A DNA stretch of 64,000 nucleotides from a virus, in IMG/VR virus record IMGVR_UViG_3300017729_000001, positions 1 to 64,000 of that record; one strand, given 5' to 3'. The notes below the pieces were generated by a model, which was not told the origin of the DNA, did no database searches, and saw only the letters and a list, made by a program, of their open reading frames with translations. Below are positions 57,522 to 64,000 of this stretch, one piece after another; position 1 is the stretch's first letter; each line of letters begins with the position of its first letter. The position numbers and the translations under genes were made by a program.

Positions 57522-58379
57522 TCAACTGTAGGAAAAAATCACTTCAAGGCACTCTTCAATATCATCCAAGTCCTCAAGTCTATTTTCATTAAATTCTTCT
57601 CCAAAAGCATTATCATACTTTTCTTCTATTAAAAAGCAATCAACCTTTTTATCTTTTTTTACTTTTCTAGTTATCCAAAGTCCAATAGCCTCATTTGGCT
57701 GAAGTTCTTCAATAAGCAATATTCCATTATCCTTAAAACCTGAAAAACTAACAGCGTCAGCAGTTACATCTCCTGGTGTTAAAATTTCTATTGGAGCATT
57801 TGTTTCAATCAATTCTTTTCTTCTAAAATATACCGAATCTTCAGAATGGTACTCAACTTTATATTCAGAGTGGTCTTCAAATGTTTCTACTATTCCAAAA
57901 ACCACATCCATGATTTCCACTCCGTCAAGAACTATATTCATACCAAGTATATTCAAAACGTCACCTATGCTTCCAGCTGAGGTTATTTTTAAAACAGCAT
58001 CCTCTCTACGACAAGTTGGGTCAAAGAATTCAGCGTGGAATGGATATTCATATCTGTTCCCTAGCCTTTCGATGTACTCATTATCTTTAGGTTCAACTGC
58101 TGCCCATTCAAAGTCAGTTTGGTTGTCATCTTCTCCAATCGTATTGTTATAAATTTGTTGAAGAATAACATTTTTAACTACTTGGTCACTGTTGTTCCTT
58201 AGAAATAACCCAAGAGTGGATTCAATTTTCTTTTCCTTTTCATAACAAGCAACGTCATCAAATAACGCATTAAGTCTTCCATTTGGTACTGGCGTAATTG
58301 ATACAAACCCTCCTGTGGAGGCAGTTACATCTCTTTGTTCCGAATTTGGATGCTTAGCACCTGATAAAAGTAGTTCCAT
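57522..58379 (-). CDS. Tail/baseplate-associated protein
   Basis: STGGFVS, LNALFDD, L.P...IGLWI.R motifs seen in phage tail proteins. Confidence 0.55.
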   Translation of the reverse strand: MELLLSGAKHPNSEQRDVTASTGGFVSITPVPNGRLNALFDDVACYEKEKKIESTLGLFLRNNSDQVVKNVILQQIYNNTIGEDDNQTDFEWAAVEPKDNEYIERLGNRYEYPFHAEFFDPTCRREDAVLKITSAGSIGDVLNILGMNIVLDGVEIMDVVFGIVETFEDHSEYKVEYHSEDSVYFRRKELIETNAPIEILTPGDVTADAVSFSGFKDNGILLIEELQPNEAIGLWITRKVKKDKKVDCFLIEEKYDNAFGEEFNENRLEDLDDIEECLEVIFSYS

Positions 58380-58380
58380 A

Positions 58381-58860
58381 TTACAATTCTTTTGTAGCCA
58401 CTACGATAATCAAATTCACTTTGCTGTTTAACGGCACTTGAATATTATTTATCCTAATGTCTTGTGTTAGGTTTTTTAAGTTACCTAAACTGAAATCACA
58501 AGTTGAAGCAAGAACTACGTCAGATTCATCTAAAACTACGTCAAATCTCACAGGCAATCTGTAAGGCTTTGTTTTAGTTGTTTCATAGCATATAACGTGT
58601 AGGCTTGATATTTCTTCACTACCTCTCACTATGTCTTGCTGTATGTTTACGTCAAAACTATTCCCATGCTTTAATTCCCATGAGTACTTATTTGCGTTTG
58701 TTATCTTGAAGTCTTTTGTAACCTCTCCGTGGTGGTTACTTTCCATATCACTAGAATCTCCATCATATGTCCATTCTACTTTTCCCCCATTATGAGATTC
58801 AAAATATTGACCTGATGGGTCATCTTGAAATGATATTGTATTTTGTATTTTTATAATCAT
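58381..58860 (-). CDS. Hypothetical structural protein
   Basis: Within tail operon. Confidence 0.5.
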   Translation of the reverse strand: MIIKIQNTISFQDDPSGQYFESHNGGKVEWTYDGDSSDMESNHHGEVTKDFKITNANKYSWELKHGNSFDVNIQQDIVRGSEEISSLHVICYETTKTKPYRLPVRFDVVLDESDVVLASTCDFSLGNLKNLTQDIRINNIQVPLNSKVNLIIVVATKEL

Positions 58861-58862
58861 TT

Positions 58863-61337
58863 CTAAACAAATTTTTGTATATATATAAATTGCAAGTAAG
58901 GTGGCACAATATCCACAGGTGATGGCGAACCTGTTCCCCCACCCGCATCTGTAGTTCCAGAAAAGTTGTGTTGGTGCCTACTTGTAGTTGAGTTATCAGG
59001 ATGAGCATAAAATCTTGCGTCATCATCCTCCCCTTTATCGAATCCACCCCCACCAGCACCATTACCAGCCCACACAGCATGGCTATGTGCTCCGTCATTA
59101 TTTGTTGTTCCAGAAAAGGTATGCGTATGGTTAGGTAAAGCACTTACTGGAATACTTACAGTATTTGAACCTCCAGAAGCACCTATCAACCCAGCTGAGT
59201 TAGTTCCTCTTGGAAATTGTCCTGCCATATTCAATGTTCCATTATTACCATTTAAAATTCTCCATCCATGATATCCGTGCTTTATTCCGTCACCTGACGT
59301 ATTAAATACATTCTGTGAAACTCCTGGTCCAACTAATCTTACTGTGTGCATAGGACAAGTTTCAGTGTCCCATCTTACTATCCAACTTCCCAAGTCACTA
59401 AAAGTACACGTGATGAATAGTCCATATCGGTGTTGTTGACCTGGGTCTGACGATGTATTATTTCTAGCATAATAAACGTCATTTTCATTTAACTCCGCAA
59501 GTAAATCAAAATTGGTTGGGTCAATATAGTTCTCAACAATCCTTAATCTAAAAGTTGACAAATCAACCCATTGGTCAATATGTAAGGTGAAGCTGTTTCC
59601 CTCTCTGAATGGAAGGCCATCGTCATCCTCTGTTCTTAAATGTATGAACATATCGGCAGTTAAAGTTAGTCCACCTTGATAATGTTGATATTGCTTATCA
59701 ACTCCGACTTGTAATTCAACTACTGGCACTGAATTATCTAGTGCTGTCGTATTGACTCCAAATAAATCTCCTGTGTCAACTGCTTCTTGAAAGTTTTGAA
59801 ACGAATCAGGTGCCTCGCAAACTTTTATGAATCCTAAACTAGCATCCCCAGCGTATGGAACTTGCGTTCTATCAATAGGCAACTTTAAATTACCAAAGGC
59901 ATCGTATGACTCTTCATCATAATGTCCAATAGGGTCATCTGGAAAAACTTGCCAATCTGTATAGTCTTTAAATGTCTTATACCTATACATCAAGTTGTAT
60001 TTATAACAACCATCCATGGTAGGCAGTTCCATTCTGACTAATGGCGTATTTATCGAATAGTCAAATGTTCTTTCTATATTGGGCCAAGGAAACACTTCAG
60101 TTGTATCGGTGTCATTATCTTGGTCACCAACATCTATATTCGCCCCATCTCTTTGTGCTCTAATTTCTATTGACTCATATGGTGGAGCAATGAATAGCTG
60201 GTCAGCCATTCCGTAATCATCTGGGTCAAGTACATCTAGCGTCAGTACAATTTGAGTTCCAGTTTTTGTACTATCTATAATTGTTCTCCAACTTCCATCT
60301 TTAGAATATAATCGCCAGTCAGTGAAATCTCCTGAGTTGAAAAAGGATGTATCTTTAAAAGTACCTCCATTTCCAATCAATACTGATATCTTTTTTAAAC
60401 TTGGGTCAATCGTATATGAAGCAAATCTCATCCCCCAAGCAACCATCACTAAATTATTTGCTCTTGGTGAATTAGGTTGTTCCCACTGAACTCCTTCAAC
60501 TCCTATTAAGTTATTGTTGAAATTTCTATTTACATCATGTACGTGCCATTCTCCCCAAGGTTTCCACCAATCAAGTCTTTTGTCTTCAATTATGATAGTA
60601 GTTCCATTACTTTTTACCCTAGACAAGTAAAATTCCTCTCCAGCAATAAAAGCTGGTGGTGTGTTTAAGATAGTTTCTGTGACTAATTCATATTCAAAAT
60701 AATCGTATTGAAATATTTGCTCATCAGCAGTAGGTACAGGATAACCAGGTGTGAAAGTTCCGACAATTGAATAAGTCATATCACTCTCAGCAATAAAATC
60801 ACCTTGAATTATACAACTGTTGTCGCTAATGATATCAACTACCTCGTAATCATCAGCATTACCATTCACACTATTTGTGAACCTTATCTTGGATGGAAAA
60901 TTCGGCTGACCTCTAAGGACATTCAAAAATTCTGTTCCAACTCCAGTCACGTTTCCAAAAGTATCTACGGACACAGTTCCAATCTCAGTAGTTTTATATT
61001 TGTGCTTTACTTTTATCCAATACCATAAAGAATCAGGTGAAATAGGAACATCAACTATTGCGTCATTCACTACAAACCGACCTAGTTGGTCAATAATCAT
61101 ACCTGTGTTTATGATAACTTTATCATAACAACTCACTCCAAATTTAGATACATAAAAAGCATCTTGTGTTAAAATAGTGCCTAATTCAGGCAAGTCTAAA
61201 TCTTTAACAATTCCATACTCTTTGCTGTTCGCAAGAACGTGTCTTCTGTATCCCCATTCATCTAAGAATTGGTCATTCCTTTTTTGTTCTGCAACTTCCA
61301 GAAATAAATTTGAGTTTACTTTTAAATAACCACTCAT
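58863..61337 (-). CDS. Baseplate/tail fibre protein with C-terminal collar-like and HxH repeats
   Basis: GWRILNGNNGT.N..GQF.RG, GG...LPNHTH, HSH, HQH, PPYLQFIYIQK motifs. Confidence 0.75.
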   Translation of the reverse strand: MSGYLKVNSNLFLEVAEQKRNDQFLDEWGYRRHVLANSKEYGIVKDLDLPELGTILTQDAFYVSKFGVSCYDKVIINTGMIIDQLGRFVVNDAIVDVPISPDSLWYWIKVKHKYKTTEIGTVSVDTFGNVTGVGTEFLNVLRGQPNFPSKIRFTNSVNGNADDYEVVDIISDNSCIIQGDFIAESDMTYSIVGTFTPGYPVPTADEQIFQYDYFEYELVTETILNTPPAFIAGEEFYLSRVKSNGTTIIIEDKRLDWWKPWGEWHVHDVNRNFNNNLIGVEGVQWEQPNSPRANNLVMVAWGMRFASYTIDPSLKKISVLIGNGGTFKDTSFFNSGDFTDWRLYSKDGSWRTIIDSTKTGTQIVLTLDVLDPDDYGMADQLFIAPPYESIEIRAQRDGANIDVGDQDNDTDTTEVFPWPNIERTFDYSINTPLVRMELPTMDGCYKYNLMYRYKTFKDYTDWQVFPDDPIGHYDEESYDAFGNLKLPIDRTQVPYAGDASLGFIKVCEAPDSFQNFQEAVDTGDLFGVNTTALDNSVPVVELQVGVDKQYQHYQGGLTLTADMFIHLRTEDDDGLPFREGNSFTLHIDQWVDLSTFRLRIVENYIDPTNFDLLAELNENDVYYARNNTSSDPGQQHRYGLFITCTFSDLGSWIVRWDTETCPMHTVRLVGPGVSQNVFNTSGDGIKHGYHGWRILNGNNGTLNMAGQFPRGTNSAGLIGASGGSNTVSIPVSALPNHTHTFSGTTNNDGAHSHAVWAGNGAGGGGFDKGEDDDARFYAHPDNSTTSRHQHNFSGTTDAGGGTGSPSPVDIVPPYLQFIYIQKFV

Positions 61338-61361
61338 GTTTTACAATTTTCTTTTATCTTG

Positions 61362-63059
61362 TTAAAGTAATAACTGTTTATCATCTACTTTACGTGTAAG
61401 GTTGATTGGAATCAACTTCTGCTCGTATGGAAGTAAATTATCTTGAATCCTATTCCTCACCTGATCATCTGTAAATTTGTCACTATTGTTTCGATGCCAG
61501 TTCATTACTATTGAATCACCTTGAATAAATTGAGGATTTTTAACACCTGGCTTATGTCCCAATATCGTTTTTCCTTTTATTAATGGCCTCATTTTAAAAT
61601 CATGTATATGATAATCGCCAGAACCTGATATCTGTATAAATGGCTTTACCATATCGACATCTTCATTAGCATTGAAGTACAAATTTCTTCCAATTACATT
61701 ACTTCTTGAATACTTACCTGTGAATGTAGATGATCCAGCAGCATATATAATGCCTCGCACACTATACCATTGGTCTTCAATCTTGGTAACATCAGTGAAA
61801 CTATCTACAAAGAAATAATTTGCAGTCACACCAACTTGAATATCGTTAAATGATAAAGGCTTGTATGAACCATTTCGATTGTACCCATGTACACCAAAAT
61901 AAACGAACGCATTTGCTCCAGGCTTTCTTTTTATATTGAAAGTTATTTCATAATCCAACTCCTTGTCGACAATTATTAAATCTTCCCAATTAACTAAGGG
62001 TGGTGGTGTCCATAAATCATATCCAAAACCTACACTAGCTGGCAATCCAATTCCTGATAACTTAGCAACATTAAGTCCTGAGTCATTGACTATACTAACA
62101 CTTCCACTATTCTGTATATCATATAAAGTCAAATCTACAAAGTCAGCTGTATTTTCTTCAGTTTTATTTATTTGTTCTGATTTGTAGTTCCCATTATAGA
62201 ATGGTGATGATTTTCCTAAACACCATCCGTGATTTTCTTTTTCAACAACGTCAAGCAAAAACTCATCATATCTATTTCGATTAATAAGCCTCAACCATTC
62301 ACCATCTATTTTAGTAACTGACCCATCCATTAATTCAGTTCCTAGTTTTTGATATGTCAGTTTAGTTCCCCTTTTACGAATCTCATCATAAAAGTTGTTA
62401 GCCAAAAACTGCATTTCTGAAAACAGTATTTCTTCTGACTCAAAGAATAAACCACGTTGCGTCAGGTGCTCGCCCAAATACTTTCTTTTATATAGTATCG
62501 AATCGAATTCATTAGTGAAGGCACTTACATAAGCTAAAAAGCAACATACTGCCGACCAAAACGAAACAAAGTCAGTATCGTCAATGCCTGGTCCACGCTC
62601 AATAAATTCAGGTAAAATTCCTGATTGGTATATCTTTCTTAGCAGATTATTACAAATTTGAGCAGTCAACATATCATTAACAGCCAAATCTTCAAATAAA
62701 CTTTCTAAGGTTGTGATTCCACTATAAATTTGAATTATGATATTACCTTGTAGTTCAAGTCCTCCAAACTCTAAAATTCCTGTGGTATCCGTTCCAACTC
62801 TTTCATATCTAAATTCAAGAAATAAAAGGGTGGTCACTGTTCCAGTGATTGCGGCAAGGTTGGCATTCGTTAATGGCTCCCAAGTTGAATAATTCGTTCC
62901 ATCTAGTGAATATCTGAATGTCTTACTGAAGTATCTAGTTGGTGTTTCACCTACCAAGGTGTCAGTGTAGCTTGAAACATTTACAGTTCCAGCTAGTGCT
63001 CCTTGAGAATAAATGAATAACACATCTCCAATTTCTGATAGAGTATTTCCAATTATCAT
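61362..63059 (-). CDS. Baseplate/tail structural protein
   Basis: FRYSLDG..YS.W; IRKRGT (P2 gpI-like KGT context); within tail operon. Confidence 0.55.
   Translation of the reverse strand: MIIGNTLSEIGDVLFIYSQGALAGTVNVSSYTDTLVGETPTRYFSKTFRYSLDGTNYSTWEPLTNANLAAITGTVTTLLFLEFRYERVGTDTTGILEFGGLELQGNIIIQIYSGITTLESLFEDLAVNDMLTAQICNNLLRKIYQSGILPEFIERGPGIDDTDFVSFWSAVCCFLAYVSAFTNEFDSILYKRKYLGEHLTQRGLFFESEEILFSEMQFLANNFYDEIRKRGTKLTYQKLGTELMDGSVTKIDGEWLRLINRNRYDEFLLDVVEKENHGWCLGKSSPFYNGNYKSEQINKTEENTADFVDLTLYDIQNSGSVSIVNDSGLNVAKLSGIGLPASVGFGYDLWTPPPLVNWEDLIIVDKELDYEITFNIKRKPGANAFVYFGVHGYNRNGSYKPLSFNDIQVGVTANYFFVDSFTDVTKIEDQWYSVRGIIYAAGSSTFTGKYSRSNVIGRNLYFNANEDVDMVKPFIQISGSGDYHIHDFKMRPLIKGKTILGHKPGVKNPQFIQGDSIVMNWHRNNSDKFTDDQVRNRIQDNLLPYEQKLIPINLTRKVDDKQLLL
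61368..61378 (-). promoter_or_regulatory. Candidate late promoter motif AACAGTTATTA
   Basis: About 30 nt upstream of the 61337 start. Confidence 0.45.
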
Positions 63060-63409
63060 GATTCAAAATTAAATATCAGTTCAGCCATAGCATTTATTTC
63101 GTAATTGTCTGACTCGCTTTTTATATCACTCAGATATATAGTTCCATCAACATCAACTTCATAAATCGGCTTTATTTCCTGATTGATTAATAACTCGCAT
63201 TCAATGCCCTCGACAGAATTTTTTACTTTTCTCTCTTCCATTATTTCAATGGCACTTGTTCTTGGGTCTTTTAAAGGAACAGGCTCAAGTCCTATATTTA
63301 CTGATTGGTCGTCATAACTGATGTCAATTTTTAAATCTCCATTAGTTTGACCCAAACTTGTAAATCCATTGACCGCACTATTCCCTCTTGTGTTTAAATC
63401 TCTTTCCAT
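63056..63409 (-). CDS. Hypothetical structural protein
   Basis: Within tail operon. Confidence 0.5.
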   Translation of the reverse strand: MERDLNTRGNSAVNGFTSLGQTNGDLKIDISYDDQSVNIGLEPVPLKDPRTSAIEIMEERKVKNSVEGIECELLINQEIKPIYEVDVDGTIYLSDIKSESDNYEINAMAELIFNFES

Positions 63410-63410
63410 A

Positions 63411-64000
63411 TTATAATGATTTTAATACAGTTGCTTGATAAGCAAAATCTCCATCGCTTGGATAATAAAATGGGTTCAAAGTACCAGATACATTTTCTAG
63501 CATTACACCTTGTACATTCATCATAATGAACCCTCTGAATCTAGGCAACTGACCTCTAGGTATATTGAATTGCGTATTTGGATAAAAGTAATTATCAATG
63601 ACACGCTTAACCCCTCTGACTGCTTTAATAGCATTCACTAAGTCAATCCATTGAATGATTCCACCCTCTTCCCAGAATCTGTGGTCAATCAATTTACTTA
63701 AATTTTTTTGTGCTTCTTTTCTAATCGTATCAGTAGAAAAGGATGGCTCAAGGTCAACACGACAACTAATATCAATTGGGTAGTAAACTACATTCACAAA
63801 TTTGATTCCATAGTTTTGAAGTCCATTAGGCTTGAACTCATTCATATTCAAAAATTGCTCTGCCTTTAATCTGAAATCTGTAAGTTGAGCTGGACTGAAA
63901 TCAGCACCATTAACGCTACCAACTCCAATATTAAGTTCTCCTTGATTATCAAGTCCGTGATTATAAACTCTAAGCACATTTGGATTAAACTTCCTCAATA
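63411..64000 (-). CDS. Baseplate J-like protein, C-terminal part (5' end outside window)
   Basis: I...DL...I..V.GV..V and ...GQLPR C-terminal pattern of baseplate wedge J proteins. Confidence 0.55.
   Translation of the reverse strand, partial: LRKFNPNVLRVYNHGLDNQGELNIGVGSVNGADFSPAQLTDFRLKAEQFLNMNEFKPNGLQNYGIKFVNVVYYPIDISCRVDLEPSFSTDTIRKEAQKNLSKLIDHRFWEEGGIIQWIDLVNAIKAVRGVKRVIDNYFYPNTQFNIPRGQLPRFRGFIMMNVQGVMLENVSGTLNPFYYPSDGDFAYQATVLKSL

Noticed and set aside
421-62187. All plus-strand ORFs in the track
   Set aside because: They are antisense shadows of minus-strand genes (Ser/Phe/Leu-rich), with no recognisable motifs
1-64000. Stop-codon reassignment as in some Bacteroidota phages
   Set aside because: Genes tile densely under the standard code, with TAA, TAG and TGA all used as stops
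1-64000. tRNA or rRNA genes
   Set aside because: No T-loop GGTTCGA-type motif with cloverleaf context seen in the short intergenic regions

Overview
A 64-kb segment of a large, AT-rich (roughly one-third GC, by eye) tailed phage genome, probably a myovirus. Essentially every real gene is on the minus strand, tiled under the standard code. Host evidence points to Bacteroidota: TTTG-N19-TAnnTTTG-type promoters, A-rich start contexts without Shine-Dalgarno, and a Bacteroidota RpoB-like peptide. In the direction of transcription (right to left) the window holds: baseplate/tail genes; a replication-recombination block (UvsW-like helicase, DnaB, primase, sigma-like factor, thymidylate-synthase-family dUMP hydroxymethylase, DnaE, HD hydrolase, SSB, RecA, SbcCD, RuvC, second sigma-like factor, UvrD, RNase H); many small accessory genes interleaved with putative small terminase, large terminase and an aGPT-Pplase1 DNA hypermodification enzyme; portal, Cys-rich fibre proteins, a lysis cassette and a head morphogenesis protein; and a truncated PIG-L-like deacetylase. 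The most interesting signals: (1) scattered proteins sharing an N-terminal leader/pro-domain and hydrophobic-x-K-[G/A/S] sites, suggesting a capsid-targeting, protease-released cargo system; (2) one cargo segment that closely resembles a Bacteroidota RNA polymerase beta segment; (3) a hmU-type thymine hypermodification pathway paired with a DnaE replicase; (4) a readable regulatory code made of a 40-bp repeated promoter with a palindrome, a candidate late promoter AACAGWTATTA and a uORF leader before a sigma gene; (5) strong apparent GATC avoidance. No tRNA, rRNA, CRISPR array or integrase was seen. All family assignments are motif recognition from memory, not database searches.
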